Positions 40,609 through 54,509 of a stretch of DNA of 64,000 nt are shown one piece after another. This DNA comes from Candidatus Methylomirabilia bacterium (GTDB taxonomy: Bacteria > Methylomirabilota > Methylomirabilia > Rokubacteriales > CSP1-6). The translations under genes and the position numbers were made by a program. The stretch is taken from the NCBI GenBank assembly GCA_041490825.1, contig JBGPTW010000002.1:28445-92444 (forward strand), read 5' to 3'. Under the pieces are notes generated by a model that worked only from the letters and a program-made list of their open reading frames with translations, made no database searches and was not told the DNA's origin. Every line of letters begins with the position of its first letter. The stretch's first letter is position 1.

Positions 40609-42383
40609 GCTGGCCATCGATCGTCAAGCACCCGGGCCCCGGCGGCGTCGTCCCGAACCTGGAAGACTACGAACGCGGGCGCGCCGAATTCTCGTGGGAC
40701 GAGGCGCGGGCCGAGCTGGACGGGCTCCCGGGCGGCCAGGGTCTCAACATCGCGCACGAGGCGGTGGACCGCCACGCGGCGGGTGCGCGTGGGCAGCATC
40801 TCGCGCTGCGCTGCCTCGGGAAGGACGGCGAGATCCGCGACTACACGTACGCTCGCCTCGCCGAGGTGACCAGCCGCTTCGCGAACGTGGTACGCGCGCT
40901 CGGCGTGGGCCGCGGCGACCGCGTGTACATCCTCGCCGGCCGCATTCCCGAGCTCTACATCGCCGTGCTCGGCACGTTGAAGAACGGGAGCGTCGCCTGC
41001 CCGCTGTTCTCCGCGTTCGGCCCGGAGCCAATTCGCGCGCGCATGACGATCGGCCAGGCGCGCGTGCTGGTCACCACCGAATCGCTGTACCGCCGCAAGG
41101 TCGCGGACCTGCGCTCCGCGCTGCCCGATCTCGAGCACGTCCTGCTCGTGGCCGATCGCCCGCGTCCGGTCGAGGTGCCCGGCACGCGCGACTACCACGC
41201 GCTGATGGCCGAGGCATCTCCACGCTTCACCATCGGCCCGACCGACCCCGAGGACATGGCGCTCCTGCACTTCACGAGCGGAACCACCGGCACGCCGAAG
41301 GGAGCGGTGCACGTCCACGACGCGGTCGTGGCTCATCACGTCACGGGGAAACTGGCGCTCGACTTTCACCCCGACGACGTCTTCTGGTGCACCGCCGATC
41401 CTGGCTGGGTCACGGGGACCTCGTACGGGATCATCGCGCCGCTGACCAACGGCGTGACGAGCATCGTCGACGAGCGGGAGTTCGATGCCGAGCGATGGTA
41501 CGGAATCTTGCAGTCGCAGAACGTGTCCGTCTGGTACACGGCGCCGACCGCGATCCGGATGATGATGAAGACCGGGACAGCGCTGGCCCGGAAGTTCGAT
41601 CTCGCGCGCCTGAGATTCCTGTCGAGCGTCGGCGAGCCTCTCAATCCCGAGGCCGTCGTCTGGGGTGAGGAGACCTTCGGCCATCCGTTCCACGACAACT
41701 GGTGGCAGACGGAGACTGGCGGAATTATGATCGCCAACTTCGCCTCGATGGAGATCCGGCCGGGTTCCATGGGCCGGCCGCTCCCCGGCGTCGAGGCCAC
41801 CATCGTCCGGCGGATCGATCGCGACCGTGTCGAGGTGATCGAGGAGCCGGATCGACAAGGCGAGCTCGCGCTGCGCGCGGGCTGGCCGTCGATGTTCCGC
41901 GGCTACTGGCGCGAGCCCGAGCGCTACCGCAAGTGCTTCGTCGACGGTCTCTATCTCACGGGGGATCTCGTTCGGCGGGATCGGGACGGCTACTTCTGGT
42001 TCGTCGGACGCTCGGACGACGTCATCAAGACCTCGGGCCACCTGATCGGCCCCTTCGAGGTGGAGAGTGTGCTGATGGAGCATCCGGCGGTGGCGGAGGC
42101 CGGCGTCATCGGCAAGCCCGACCCGGTGGCGATGGAGACGGTGAAGGCGTTCGTCTCGCTCAAGGACGGCTGGGAGCCGACGCCGGAGCTCCGGCGTGAG
42201 CTGCTCGCACTCGCGCGGACGCGCCTTGGCGCTGTCGTGGCGCCCAAGGAGATCGATTTCCGCCCGAGCCTGCCGAAGACCCGGAGCGGCAAGATCATGC
42301 GTCGCTTGCTCAAGGCGCGGGAGCTCGGTCTTCCCGAGGGTGACATCTCGACCCTCGAGGACGACACCGGGGAGTCCGGATGA
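40605..42383 (+). CDS. AMP-forming acyl-CoA synthetase (acetyl-/acetoacetyl-CoA synthetase-like)
   Basis: [28 protein letters not shown]...[43 protein letters not shown]; GTG start overlapping FNT stop (alternative ATG at 40560). Confidence 0.85.
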   Translation: MSWPSIVKHPGPGGVVPNLEDYERGRAEFSWDEARAELDGLPGGQGLNIAHEAVDRHAAGARGQHLALRCLGKDGEIRDYTYARLAEVTSRFANVVRALGVGRGDRVYILAGRIPELYIAVLGTLKNGSVACPLFSAFGPEPIRARMTIGQARVLVTTESLYRRKVADLRSALPDLEHVLLVADRPRPVEVPGTRDYHALMAEASPRFTIGPTDPEDMALLHFTSGTTGTPKGAVHVHDAVVAHHVTGKLALDFHPDDVFWCTADPGWVTGTSYGIIAPLTNGVTSIVDEREFDAERWYGILQSQNVSVWYTAPTAIRMMMKTGTALARKFDLARLRFLSSVGEPLNPEAVVWGEETFGHPFHDNWWQTETGGIMIANFASMEIRPGSMGRPLPGVEATIVRRIDRDRVEVIEEPDRQGELALRAGWPSMFRGYWREPERYRKCFVDGLYLTGDLVRRDRDGYFWFVGRSDDVIKTSGHLIGPFEVESVLMEHPAVAEAGVIGKPDPVAMETVKAFVSLKDGWEPTPELRRELLALARTRLGAVVAPKEIDFRPSLPKTRSGKIMRRLLKARELGLPEGDISTLEDDTGESG

Positions 42384-43363
42384 TGGAAGACCCGCCCGTG
42401 GAGCGAGAGCACGCGCTCGCGCTGCTTCGACAGATGCTGCTCATCCGCCGCTTCGAGGAGAAGGCAGCCGAGGTCTACACGCTCGGCAAGATCCGAGGAT
42501 TCCTCCACCTCTACATCGGCGAAGAAGCCGTCGCCGTCGGCGCCATGCAGGCGTTCACGCCGGACGACGCGATCGTCGCGACCTATCGCGAGCACGGCCA
42601 GGCGCTCGCGCGCGGGATCCCGCCCGGGTCGTTGATGGCGGAGATGTACGGCAAGGCGAACGGGTGCAGCCGGGGCCGCGGCGGCTCCATGCACTTCTTC
42701 GACGTCTCGCGCCGGTTCTATGGCGGCCACGCCATCGTCGGGGGCGGACTCCCGATCGCGGTAGGCCTCGCGCTCGCCGACAAGCTTCAGGAGCGCAATC
42801 GCATCACCGCGTGCTTCTTCGGGGATGGCGCCGTTGCCGAAGGCGAGTTCCACGAGTCACTCAATCTCGCAGCGCTGTGGAATCTGCCGGTGCTTTTTCT
42901 CTGTGAGAACAACTTCTATGCGATGGGGACGGCGCTGTCGCGTCATCAGGCGCAGCCCGACATCACGCTCAAGGCGACAGGGTATGGCGTCCCCGCCGAA
43001 GGGGTCGACGGCATGGACGTTCTCGCCGTTGAAGCAGCGACCCAGCGAGCCGCAGACGTGGTGCACGGCGGCCCCGGACCGTTCCTGCTGGAGGCGCGCA
43101 CGTACCGGTACCGGGCTCACTCGATGGCCGATCCCGAGCTGTATCGACCGAAGCAGGAAGTGGAGGAGTGGAAGACGCGCGATCCCATCGTGACGTTCAC
43201 CGCTCAGCTGCGCGCGTGGGGACTCTTCACCGAGGCGGATTCGGCGGCCATCGAAGCGGAGATCGCGACCGAGATCGATCGAGCGGTCGCGGTCGCGGAA
43301 GCGGGACCCTGGGAGCCCGTCGAGGACCTCACCAAGGACGTCTACACGCCGGTGAGTCGATGA
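42380..43363 (+). CDS. Pyruvate/acetoin dehydrogenase E1 component alpha subunit (TPP-dependent)
   Basis: [18 protein letters not shown]-binding [37 protein letters not shown]. Confidence 0.9.
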   Translation: MMEDPPVEREHALALLRQMLLIRRFEEKAAEVYTLGKIRGFLHLYIGEEAVAVGAMQAFTPDDAIVATYREHGQALARGIPPGSLMAEMYGKANGCSRGRGGSMHFFDVSRRFYGGHAIVGGGLPIAVGLALADKLQERNRITACFFGDGAVAEGEFHESLNLAALWNLPVLFLCENNFYAMGTALSRHQAQPDITLKATGYGVPAEGVDGMDVLAVEAATQRAADVVHGGPGPFLLEARTYRYRAHSMADPELYRPKQEVEEWKTRDPIVTFTAQLRAWGLFTEADSAAIEAEIATEIDRAVAVAEAGPWEPVEDLTKDVYTPVSR

Positions 43364-44341
43364 CGACGAAGAAGATGACCTACCGCGAGGCGGTGCGCGG
43401 CGCGCTGCGCGAGGCGCTCCGGAGCGATCCGCGCGTCTTCGTGATGGGCGAGGACGTCGGCCGCTACGGCGGCTCCTTCGCCGTCACGCATGGTCTTCTC
43501 GAGGAGTTTGGCCCCGAGCGTGTCCGGGACACGCCGCTCTCGGAGTCGACGTTCCTCGGGGCCGGCATCGGCGCCGCGCTCGGAGGGATGCGGCCGATCG
43601 TCGAGATCATGACCGTGAACTTCGGTCTCCTCGCGCTCGACCAGATCGTCAACAACGCGGCCACGCTGCGGCACATGTCAGGGGGCCAGCTCAGCGTGCC
43701 GCTCGTCGTGCGCATGGCGACCGGCGGCGGACGCCAGATGGCGGCCCAGCACTCGCACAGCCTGGAAGGCTGGTACGCGCACATCCCGGGGATCAAGATC
43801 CTCGTGCCGGCGACGGTCGCCGACGCCAGAGGCCTGCTGGTGGCAGCGCTCGACGAACCCGATCCGGTCTTCGTCTTCGAGCACGCCACGCTCTATCCGC
43901 TCGAGGGCGAGATCGATCTCGACGCGGGCCCTGCCGATATCGGAAAGGCCGCGGTGAGGCGCGCCGGCGACGCCATCACGCTGATCACCTACGGCGGCAC
44001 GCTCGGCAAGACGCTCGAGGCGGCGGACCGTCTCGCGGCCGAGGGCATCGACGCCGAGGTGATCGATCTGCGCTCGCTCCGGCCGCTCGACACGCCGACG
44101 ATTCTCGTCTCGGTCGCGAAGACGCACCGAGCGCTGATCGTCGACGAAGGCTGGCGCACCTGCAGCTTCGCGGCCGAGGTCAGCGCGCAGATCATGGAGC
44201 GTGGCTTCTACGACCTCGACGCCCCGGTCGCGCGCGTGTGCAGCGCGGAGGTGCCGATGCCCTACGCGAAACACATGGAGGATGCGGCACTGCCACAGGT
44301 CGCCACCATCGTCGACACGGCGCGCGCGATCCTGAAACCGC

Positions 44342-44349
<8 letters not shown>
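43360..44349 (+). CDS. Pyruvate/acetoin dehydrogenase E1 component beta subunit
   Basis: [46 protein letters not shown]...: transketolase-like pyrimidine-binding and C-terminal domains; ATGA overlap. Confidence 0.9.
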
Positions 44350-45459
<1,110 letters not shown>

Positions 45460-45463
<4 letters not shown>

Positions 45464-45711
45464 CGAGAGACGAGCTCCGGGCCACGGTGATACGCGTGCT
45501 CGGCGACATCGCGCCGGAGATCGACGCCGGCTCGCTCGAGCCGAGCGTCGCGTTGCGCGAGCAGCTCGACCTGGACTCGATGGACGTCCTCAACTTCATG
45601 GTCGGGCTTCATGCGGCGGTCGGCATCGACATTCCCGAGACGGATTATCCAAGGCTCTCCACGCTCGAGGGGTGCGTGGAGTACCTGGCGGCGAAAGACC
45701 GCGGTCCATGA
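45460..45711 (+). CDS. Acyl-carrier-protein-like small protein
   Basis: 83 aa; [15 protein letters not shown] carrier-domain Ser motif; GTG start overlapping E2 stop (GTGA). Confidence 0.6.
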
Positions 45712-45717
45712 CGAGAC

Positions 45718-46218
45718 GTGGAGGTTGCCATGGCGATTACGGAACGGCTCAAGCGTGTTCTGGATGCCGAGCGGGTTCGTTACGAGGTCCTGCCGCACCA
45801 CGAGGAGTTCACGGCCCAGAGAGTCGCGGCGGCGAGCGACGTCCCCGGCCGGCAAGTCGCGAAGGTGCTGATCTGTCGTGACGATGCCGGACGCTCGCTG
45901 ATGGCCGTGCTTCCAGCGGCCTGCCGCATCGACCTGATCGCGCTTCAGGCAGCGGCCGGGACGGGGAAGCTCTCGCTGGCCACCGAGGCGGAATTCGAGC
46001 CGCTGTTCCCGGACTGCGAAACCGGAGCGATGCCGCCGTTCGGGACCCTGTGGAACATGCCGCTCTACGTCGACGCCTGCTTCCCGCGGGCGAAAGATTT
46101 CGTCTTCCAGGGCGGGAATCATCACGAGGTGGTCGTCATGCCGTACGAAGCGTACGAGCGGATCGCGAAACCCGTCGCCGGCGAGTTCTGCCTCGAGAAA
46201 CGGGTCGCCGCCGCCTGA
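45718..46218 (+). CDS. YbaK/ProX-like aminoacyl-tRNA deacylase domain protein
   Basis: ...LPHHEEFTAQRVAAASDVPGRQVAKVLIC...GAMPPFGTLWNMPLYVD... pattern of YbaK/aa-tRNA-synthetase-associated editing domain. Confidence 0.65.
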   Translation: MEVAMAITERLKRVLDAERVRYEVLPHHEEFTAQRVAAASDVPGRQVAKVLICRDDAGRSLMAVLPAACRIDLIALQAAAGTGKLSLATEAEFEPLFPDCETGAMPPFGTLWNMPLYVDACFPRAKDFVFQGGNHHEVVVMPYEAYERIAKPVAGEFCLEKRVAAA

Positions 46219-46249
46219 GTCAGGGACGAAACGCGGGACGCGAGCCGGA

Positions 46250-47308
46250 GTGCGAGACGCGGCCCCTACTGAGGCGCCTGTGCTAGCGCTCGACGCCTCA
46301 CACGGTGAGGGTGGCGGCCAGATCGTGCGCACCGCGCTCGCACTCGCGGTGGCCCTGCGTCGGCCAGTTGCGCTGGAGCGCATCCGCTTGCGGCGGCCGA
46401 AGCCCGGGCTCCAGCCGCAGCACCTCACGGTGGTCCGGGCCCTGGCGGCGATCAGCGACGCGCAGGTCGACGGCGATCAGCTCGGCTCGACGGCGCTGTC
46501 TTTCGCGCCGCGCACTCTCCACGCGGGCGACTGGCACTTCGACATCGGCGCCGTCAAGGGCAGCGCGGGCTCGGTGTCGCTGCTCTTCCAGTCATTGCTA
46601 CTCGCGCTGGCATTCGGTAGCGCACCATCCCGGCTGACGCTCGTCGGCGGCACGCACGTGCCGTGGAGCCCGACGGTGCATTACCTGACCGCGGTCTTCG
46701 TGCCCGCGCTGGCGCCGCTCGGATTCGCCGCCGACGTGCGCCTGCGGCGCTGGGGCTGGTATCCGGCGGGTGGTGGACAGATCGAGGCCACCGTCACCCC
46801 GGCGAGGCACATGGCCGGGGTGACGGCGACGAACCCGCCACGTCCACTCGCGATCGCCGGCGTCTCCGCGGTGTCGCACCTGCCGCGCTCCATCGCCGAG
46901 CGCCAGCGCCGGCAGGCCGAGGCGCGCCTCGAGGCCGCGGGCCTGAGCGCCGCCATCACGATCGAAGAGGATGCCGCCGCGCACGGCCCAGGCACCGTGC
47001 TGTTCCTCGGAGTCCACGGCCGGGGCGGCTTCTCCGGGCTGGGTCGGCGCGGCCTGCGCGCCGAGCGCGTGGCCGACGAGGCCGTGGACGCGCTGCTCGA
47101 CTGGCGGGCGAGCGGCGCCGCGATCGACGTGCACCTGGCCGATCAGCTGGTGCCGTTCCTCGCGCTCGCCGAGGGTCCGTCGTCATTCACGTGTCCGCGG
47201 CTGTCGGACCACCTGCGTACCGTCGCGTGGGTCGTGCAGCAATTCCTGGCGGTCGACATCGTCCTCGACGACGAGCGCCCGGCCCGGGTGGAGGTCGTGC
47301 CGATATGA
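46250..47308 (+). CDS. rtcA: RNA 3'-terminal phosphate cyclase RtcA
   Basis: LDASHGEGGGQIVRTALALAVAL, HLTVVRALAAI, GSAGSVSLLFQSLLLALAF, His site region LADQLVPFLALAEG. Confidence 0.85.
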   Translation: MRDAAPTEAPVLALDASHGEGGGQIVRTALALAVALRRPVALERIRLRRPKPGLQPQHLTVVRALAAISDAQVDGDQLGSTALSFAPRTLHAGDWHFDIGAVKGSAGSVSLLFQSLLLALAFGSAPSRLTLVGGTHVPWSPTVHYLTAVFVPALAPLGFAADVRLRRWGWYPAGGGQIEATVTPARHMAGVTATNPPRPLAIAGVSAVSHLPRSIAERQRRQAEARLEAAGLSAAITIEEDAAAHGPGTVLFLGVHGRGGFSGLGRRGLRAERVADEAVDALLDWRASGAAIDVHLADQLVPFLALAEGPSSFTCPRLSDHLRTVAWVVQQFLAVDIVLDDERPARVEVVPI

Positions 47309-48456
47309 CGTCTCCACTCACGCTCTTCCTCTGTGGCGACGTGATGACGGGCCGCGGCGTCGACCAGGCGCTTCCGCATCCCGGCGATCCGCGCATCCAC
47401 GAGCCGCACGTGAAGAGCGCCGAGCGGTACGTGGAGATCGCCGAGCGGGCGAACGGCCCGATTCCGCGCCCCGTCGAATTTTCCTACATCTGGGGCGACG
47501 CGCTCGAGGAGCTCGCGCGCGTGCGGCCGAGCGCGCGAATCGTGAACTTAGAAACCAGCATCACGCGAAGCGACGACTACTGGAGGGGCAAGGGGATCAA
47601 CTACCGGATGCACCCGCACAATGTTCCCTGCCTCACGGCCGCGCGCATCGACTGCTGCGTCCTCGCGAACAACCACGTGCTCGACTACGGCTACCCGGGC
47701 TTGATCGAGACGCTCGAGAGTCTACAGAGGCTTGGCGTGACGACCGCGGGCGCGGGCCGGAATCTCGCTGAGGCGCGAGCACCGGCCGTGATCGACGTTC
47801 CAGGGCAAGGACGAGTGATCGTCTTCGCATTTGGAACGGAGACGAGCGGGATCCTCCCGGGCTGGGCGGCAACGGAAGACCGGCCCGGCGTGAGCTTCCT
47901 GCAGGATCTGTCGGACCAAACCCTGGAACAGGTCGCCGAGACTCTGCGGAGCGTCAAGCGACCCCGCGACGTCGTCGTCGCGTCCATCCACTGGGGTGAC
48001 AACTGGGGATTCGCCGTTCCAGAGGACCACGTCCGCTTTGCGCATGGTCTCATCCACGCTGAAGTGGACATCGTCCACGGACACTCCTCGCACAACGTTC
48101 GCCCGATCGAGGTGTTCGAGGGGAAGCTCATTCTCTACGGGTGCGGCGACTTCCTCGACGACTACGAGGGCATCGGCGGCCACGAAGAATTCCGGGACGA
48201 CCTCACGTTGATGTACTTCCCGACCGTGGACCCTCTCACCGGTCGGCTCTCCGACCTGCGCATGACGCCGATGCGGATCCGGCATTTCAAGGTCAACCGC
48301 GCGTCGCGCGAGGAAGCCGGATGGCTGAGCGACACGATTACTCGCGAGAGCGAGCGGTTCGACTTCCGGCTGGAGCTCCGCGAAGACCACCGCCTCGAGC
48401 TTCGGTGGGCCTACGACGGCTGCGCTAGAGACGACAGGCGCCGGGATCGCACGTGA
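47305..48456 (+). CDS. CapA/PGA_cap-family metallophosphatase-fold protein (poly-gamma-glutamate synthesis CapA-like)
   Basis: LFLCGDVMTGRGVD, NLETSITRSDD, VLANNHVLDYGYPGL, HWGDNWGF, VHGHSSH; ATGA overlap with rtcA. Confidence 0.8.
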   Translation: MTSPLTLFLCGDVMTGRGVDQALPHPGDPRIHEPHVKSAERYVEIAERANGPIPRPVEFSYIWGDALEELARVRPSARIVNLETSITRSDDYWRGKGINYRMHPHNVPCLTAARIDCCVLANNHVLDYGYPGLIETLESLQRLGVTTAGAGRNLAEARAPAVIDVPGQGRVIVFAFGTETSGILPGWAATEDRPGVSFLQDLSDQTLEQVAETLRSVKRPRDVVVASIHWGDNWGFAVPEDHVRFAHGLIHAEVDIVHGHSSHNVRPIEVFEGKLILYGCGDFLDDYEGIGGHEEFRDDLTLMYFPTVDPLTGRLSDLRMTPMRIRHFKVNRASREEAGWLSDTITRESERFDFRLELREDHRLELRWAYDGCARDDRRRDRT

Positions 48457-50260
48457 CGAAGAACTCCCGCGCGTTCGGATCCTCGTCGACTCCGAGCGTC
48501 ACGACCTGGCCTGCCTTCGACCCCCAGCGATAGACCGTGAGCCCCTTGAGCCCGAGCTCCCAGCCACGGAGGAAGGCGTGCGCGACGTCCTCCTGTCCGG
48601 CGTCCTCGGGGAGGTTGATCGTCTTGGCGACCGCGTTGTCGACGTGACGCTGGAACGCCTGCTGGATGGCCAGGTGACCATCGACGGGAATCTCGGTGGC
48701 GGTGACGAAGAGCCGCTGCACCGGCTCGGGAACGTTCGCCACGTTCCGAATGCTTCCGGTCGCCAAGATGGGCTCGACGACGCCGGGGCTCTCGAGCCCC
48801 CGATCGGCGAGGCAGCGAAGCAACATCGGGTTCACCTCGCCGATCGGCGGGCCGCCCAGCGCGTGCTCGCGCCGGTACGCGAGCGCGAAGAGCGGCTCGA
48901 TGCCGCTGCTCGTCCCGGCGATGATGCTGATCGTTCCCGTGGGCGCGATGGAGAGCAGCGTGGCGTTCCGCACGCGCTCGCCGCGCTCCATGTGCACGCT
49001 GTCGGCGAACCGTGGGAACACCCCGCGCGCGGCCGCCAGCTCGCGTGAAGCATTCCGCGCTTCGGTCGCGATGAACGCCATCAGTCGATCAGCCCAGCCG
49101 GCGGCGTTCTCGCAATCGTAGGGAACGCCGAGGCGGATCAGGCACTCTGCGAAGCCCATCACGCCGAGGCCGATCTTGCGGGTGGCCCGCGTGGCGTCTC
49201 CGACCACAGGGAGCGGATCACGGTTGACCTCGATCACATCGTCGAGGAATCGCACGCCCGTGCGCACCGCGTGGCGCAGACGATGCCAGTCGACGTCGGG
49301 CGCCCCACTGGCGTTTCGCACCATGTGGGCGAGGTTGACCGAACCGAGGACGCAGCTCTCCCACGGCCGGAGTGGGACCTCGCCGCAAGGATTGGTCGCA
49401 TCGATGTCGCCGAGGGCGCGGAGAGGATTGGCGCGATTGATCGCGTCGAGGTAGAGCAGTCCGGGATCACCCGCGCGCCACGCCCGATCGACGATCCGGT
49501 CGAAGACACGCCGCGCCCCGAGCCGCCCGACGACGTGCCGATCCCGGGGGTGAAGGAGCTCGTAGCTGCCGCCCTCTCGGGCGGCGCTCATGAAGTCGTC
49601 GGTGACACTCACCGAGAGATTGAAGTTACGAAACCGCTCGCCCGAGAGCTTGGCGTCGATGAATTCCAGGATGTCGGGATGGTCCACGCGAAGCACGCCC
49701 ATGTTCGCGCCGCGCCGGCGACCGCCCTGCTTGATGCTCTCCGTCGCCGAGTCGAAGACACGCATGAACGAGACGGGGCCCGAAGCATCACCGCCGGTCG
49801 AAGCCACCACGTCGCCCTGCGGGCGGAGGCGCGAGAACGAGAATCCGGTGCCGCCCCCTGCCCGCTGCAGGAGCGCCATCGCCTTGAGCGACTCGAAGAT
49901 CCCGTCGATCGAGTCCTCGACCGGCAGCACGAAGCACGCGGCGAGGACGCCGAGCCGAGTGCCGGCGTTCATCAGCGCCGGCGAGTTCGGGAGGAAGTCC
50001 AGGGACTCGAGGAGCCTCTGGAACACCTCCTGCCAGAGATCGGCGTCGCGCGCCTTCCCGAACGCGAGCTCGGCCTGGGATACCGCCCGGGCCACGCGGT
50101 GGAAGAGCTCCGGAGGCGTCTCGATGACCCGTCTCTCCGCATCGCGCCGCAGGTAGCGCGCCTCCAGCACTCGAAGCGCGGTCGCGGACAGATGCGCCGC
50201 GGTCTCCACGGCGCTCACGGTGCGCCGTGGCGCGCCATCACCCCTTGCCTTCGTCCTCAT
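48425..50260 (-). CDS. nrdJ: Class II (adenosylcobalamin-dependent) ribonucleotide reductase (NrdJ/NrdZ-like)
   Basis: Active-site [21 protein letters not shown], glycyl-less class II architecture, C-terminal CDPGAC redox tail; start at internal ATG (upstream ORF part low complexity). Confidence 0.9.
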   Translation of the reverse strand: MRTKARGDGAPRRTVSAVETAAHLSATALRVLEARYLRRDAERRVIETPPELFHRVARAVSQAELAFGKARDADLWQEVFQRLLESLDFLPNSPALMNAGTRLGVLAACFVLPVEDSIDGIFESLKAMALLQRAGGGTGFSFSRLRPQGDVVASTGGDASGPVSFMRVFDSATESIKQGGRRRGANMGVLRVDHPDILEFIDAKLSGERFRNFNLSVSVTDDFMSAAREGGSYELLHPRDRHVVGRLGARRVFDRIVDRAWRAGDPGLLYLDAINRANPLRALGDIDATNPCGEVPLRPWESCVLGSVNLAHMVRNASGAPDVDWHRLRHAVRTGVRFLDDVIEVNRDPLPVVGDATRATRKIGLGVMGFAECLIRLGVPYDCENAAGWADRLMAFIATEARNASRELAAARGVFPRFADSVHMERGERVRNATLLSIAPTGTISIIAGTSSGIEPLFALAYRREHALGGPPIGEVNPMLLRCLADRGLESPGVVEPILATGSIRNVANVPEPVQRLFVTATEIPVDGHLAIQQAFQRHVDNAVAKTINLPEDAGQEDVAHAFLRGWELGLKGLTVYRWGSKAGQVVTLGVDEDPNAREFFVTCDPGACRL

Positions 50261-50670
50261 CAGCCGCGCGTCGCTCGAGATGCCAGTAATGCCGGTCCCG
50301 CGCTCGGAGGATCTCGTCGGACGTGTGGACCTCGGCGTCGGATTCTTGCTCGACACCGAGCGCGTGGCCGAGCTCGTCGACGACGTCCTGGTCCGGCGTC
50401 GCCACGCTGCCGCCCACCGTCTCTTCGCCCGAAGCCTCCGCACGCCGCCAGTCGGCGTCGACGTCGCCGCCGCTGAGGGCCGGGCTGGTCTCGGGGTGAC
50501 GCAATCGCTCCTCGACGAGATCAACCGCCGCGCCACCCTGTTCGGGGATGGCGCCGGTCGGCGCCGGGCGCTTCCGAGGGCGCCGCGCCTTGGTGGATCG
50601 CCGCCGCTTGTTCGAGCTTCCCCGTGGACTCATTGCCGCCCTCCATCGCGACGAAGATGTGATCGGCACT

Positions 50671-51357
50671 TCAGGCGCCGTAGTGATAGGGGGTCTCTGC
50701 CCTCGTGACGAGCCGATTCTCGACGCCCCGAGAGCTCTCGATCGCACGCGCCATCGTTTCGAGCGCGGACCGTTCCGGCTCGCTGAGCACGAGGCCCCAG
50801 AGCGAGATGACGCCATCCTTGGCGCCGACCAACACGCGGACCGTTGAAGTCCATGGCTCGCGCGCCATCCGAGACTTCATCTCGGCCACGAGCTCGACGT
50901 CGGAGCGGGACAGCGTCGACGGCACCGCCGCGGCCAGGGCCTTGACGAGGTCGCCCCGGCTCACGATGCCGACCAACTGGCCATCGCGCATCACTGGCAG
51001 GCGGCGGATGCCGCGGGCCTCTAGAATTGCGGCGGCCGTCTCGATGTCGAACACGGGGCTGATCGAGATCACAGCGCGTGTCATCACCTCGCCAGCAGTC
51101 GTGCCCGCGGCCTTTTGGTACTCGCGGGCGAGCCACTCTCCGCTCTCGAAGAACGAACGCCACCACGGGCGCTTTCCCCGCGGCTTCTGACGAAGGATCA
51201 GGTCCCCGTCGCTGAGGATGCCAACGAGCCGCCCGTCGGCGCCGATGACGGGCAGGCCGCTGACGCCGTGGTCGACCATCAGTCGAGCGGCCTTCGCGAT
51301 CGGCGTCTCAGGGCTCACCGTGATGACGTCGCGACTCATGATGTCTTCGACAGTCAT
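50671..51357 (-). CDS. CBS-pair + BON domain protein
   Basis: IMSRDVITVSPETPIAKAARLMVDHGVSGLPVIGADGRLVGILSDGD and VMTRAVISISPVFDIETAAAILEARGIRRLPVMRDGQLVGIVSRGD, then BON-like ...VRVLVGAKDGVISLWGLV. Confidence 0.8.
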   Translation of the reverse strand: MTVEDIMSRDVITVSPETPIAKAARLMVDHGVSGLPVIGADGRLVGILSDGDLILRQKPRGKRPWWRSFFESGEWLAREYQKAAGTTAGEVMTRAVISISPVFDIETAAAILEARGIRRLPVMRDGQLVGIVSRGDLVKALAAAVPSTLSRSDVELVAEMKSRMAREPWTSTVRVLVGAKDGVISLWGLVLSEPERSALETMARAIESSRGVENRLVTRAETPYHYGA

Positions 51358-51643
51358 CGCCGTCCCCCACGCGCGGTCGCCGCGGTGCGGCCCGGCCGCT
51401 TCGGGCCCGCGCGCCACCGCGTCCGCAACGTCCCGGCGACCGCGCCTGCCGCCACGAGGGACCCGGCGACGGTGAATTCACCGAGGCGTGGCGCGGCCAG
51501 GCGGCGGTACTCGGCGGAGCGCATCCGCACTGCGGTCTCGGCATCCCCGGCGGGCATCGTCAGATCCCGCAGCTGGAGAACCGCGCGATCAACGAACGTG
51601 GGGATGCCGAGGAGGGTACGGAGCTTCTGATACATCGTCGTCG

Positions 51644-52045
51644 TCAGTCCTTCACCTGCGCTTCAGTCCAGACTTCCTTGAGGTCCTTCGGGAGCTGCGC
51701 GAGCACGTCGTCCGCCTCGCCGGAAGAAATCTGCGCCTTGAGCGCTGCGAACACCGCGACAGTTGCCCAGCGCGCCTCTCGTGTCGTCGCAAGCCCGGCA
51801 TCCGCCTTCACCCGCTCGTAGAATCGCTCGCGGTCCATCCTCGAGGGCTTTCGATCCGTCCGCTCGCCCTCCTCCCACACGTTCTTCAGCTCAGTAGGCA
51901 GCTGAGCCATGACCTGGTCGGCCTCCTCGGGTGTCAGACGGTCACGTAGTGCGTGGAAGACCGCGGCGGTTGCTCGCTTGGCAGCCTCCCGGTTGCGGTC
52001 GCCGCTGGTGTCCATGACTGTTCGATAGAACGTCTGGGTCGTCAT
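51644..52045 (-). CDS. DUF2267-family protein (two repeats)
   Basis: Repeated ...AAKRATAAVFHALRDRLTPEEADQVMAQLPTELKNVW / ...ARWATVAVFAALKAQISSGEADDVLAQLPKDLKEVW; GGAGGAGGAG SD. Confidence 0.7.
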   Translation of the reverse strand: MTTQTFYRTVMDTSGDRNREAAKRATAAVFHALRDRLTPEEADQVMAQLPTELKNVWEEGERTDRKPSRMDRERFYERVKADAGLATTREARWATVAVFAALKAQISSGEADDVLAQLPKDLKEVWTEAQVKD

Positions 52046-52644
52046 GGTGCTCCTCCTCCGGGCCCGAAAGGAGGTGCATCGCCGGTGCCAGGCCAAAGCC
52101 GTTCGATTTCAAACGCACCATAGCCTCATCTTGCTGCTGGACCTCGAGCGCTTCGTCGCGCGGATGCGCTGGGCGCGAGAACAAGTTGCACACGATCTTG
52201 CCGGGGCACTTGGGATCGATCTTCATCAGGCCGGACTGGGATGGGGCAGGAGCGCAACAGTCGGGGTAACCGAGTCCCAGGCCGGCGGCCCAACGAGGAC
52301 GCGATCGCCACGCAAGTTTTTGATCATCCGGGGACTGGCACGCCCCACTGAACCACTGAAGTGAGAACCATCGTTGAGGCAACGCCCTGTAAACACAGCG
52401 TTGCGCCCTCGGCACACTCGATGCACCAAAGCAGCCGAAGCAAAACACTCGCCGCACCCGGGGGGGAGTGCGAATGGACGATCAGCATGAGCTCGACGAC
52501 AGGAGATTCGCCGCTACACTCGCGACTCTCGAGAGCAGATCGTCCCAGGAAGATCGACCGCGTCATCGACTACGTCGGCGAGAGATCTCGCGTTTTCGGC
52601 AATCATCCTCGCCGTCCGTCGTACGCGGGAGGGAGCAAACAGCG

Positions 52645-52899
52645 ATGCGGTTCTTTCAGCCTGAGGTCGAAGTTACGCTGAAGACTCTCGGCATCCTGAT
52701 GCTGCTGGCTCTGGTCGCGTGGCCTATGACGTGGGGTTACGAGCAGCGGCAGCGAGCAAGGGACTGGCAAAACATCGCGTGCGCCTACCGTCTCCGAGAA
52801 GCGCAGCTTCAGATGCCAATGCTTGTGGACCTCAAGGATCGTGGCGACGCGTGTGAAACGATCGATCGGCTCGGCCTGGACTTCGTCACGCCGCGATGA
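52645..52899 (+). CDS. Small membrane protein (84 aa) of unknown function
   Basis: GGGAGGGAG SD; one TM (LGILMLLALVAWPMTW). Confidence 0.4.
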   Translation: MRFFQPEVEVTLKTLGILMLLALVAWPMTWGYEQRQRARDWQNIACAYRLREAQLQMPMLVDLKDRGDACETIDRLGLDFVTPR

Positions 52900-52990
52900 G
52901 CAACGACAACGGGCCAGCGCCTCGCCGAACGTGGAGCGATCCTGTCGGACCGAGAACGAGCGTGTCGCTTTCGAGAGGATGGAGGAACGT

Positions 52991-53284
52991 ATGCCGACTT
53001 ACGTGATGCTCACGCGCCTCACACCGGAAGCTGTGAAGACTCCTGGCCATCTGAAGCAACTCGAGCAAGCCGTCGCCGATCATGTCCGCAAAGATTGCCC
53101 CCAGGTGAAGTGGGTCGCGAACTACGCCATCCTGGGGCGGTACGACTATCTGGACATCTTCGAGGCGCCCGACGAGATGATCGCGGCGAAGGTCGTGATG
53201 ATCATCCGATCGTACGGCCACGGACAGACCGAAACATGGACGGCGATGCCGTGGGAGCGCTTCGAGATCGTGCTGCCCAGCTGA
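52991..53284 (+). CDS. GYD-domain protein
   Basis: MPTYVMLTRLTPEAVKTPGHLKQLEQAV...YAILGRYDYLDIFEAPDEMIAAKVVMIIRSYGHGQTETW: GYD family signature; GGAGGAA SD. Confidence 0.7.
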   Translation: MPTYVMLTRLTPEAVKTPGHLKQLEQAVADHVRKDCPQVKWVANYAILGRYDYLDIFEAPDEMIAAKVVMIIRSYGHGQTETWTAMPWERFEIVLPS

Positions 53285-53292
53285 GGTTGGCC

Positions 53293-54477
<1,185 letters not shown>

Positions 54478-54509
54478 GGCCCGTACCCTCTTGGCGGTGC
54501 ACGCGCGAG

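Noticed and set aside
51942-52457. Minus-strand ORF with an internal segment MKIDPKCPGKIVCNLFSRPAHPRDEALEVQQQDEAMV... upstream of the DUF2267 gene
   Set aside because: No SD. Overlaps the DUF2267 start and its strong RBS. No recognisable domain, so probably not coding.
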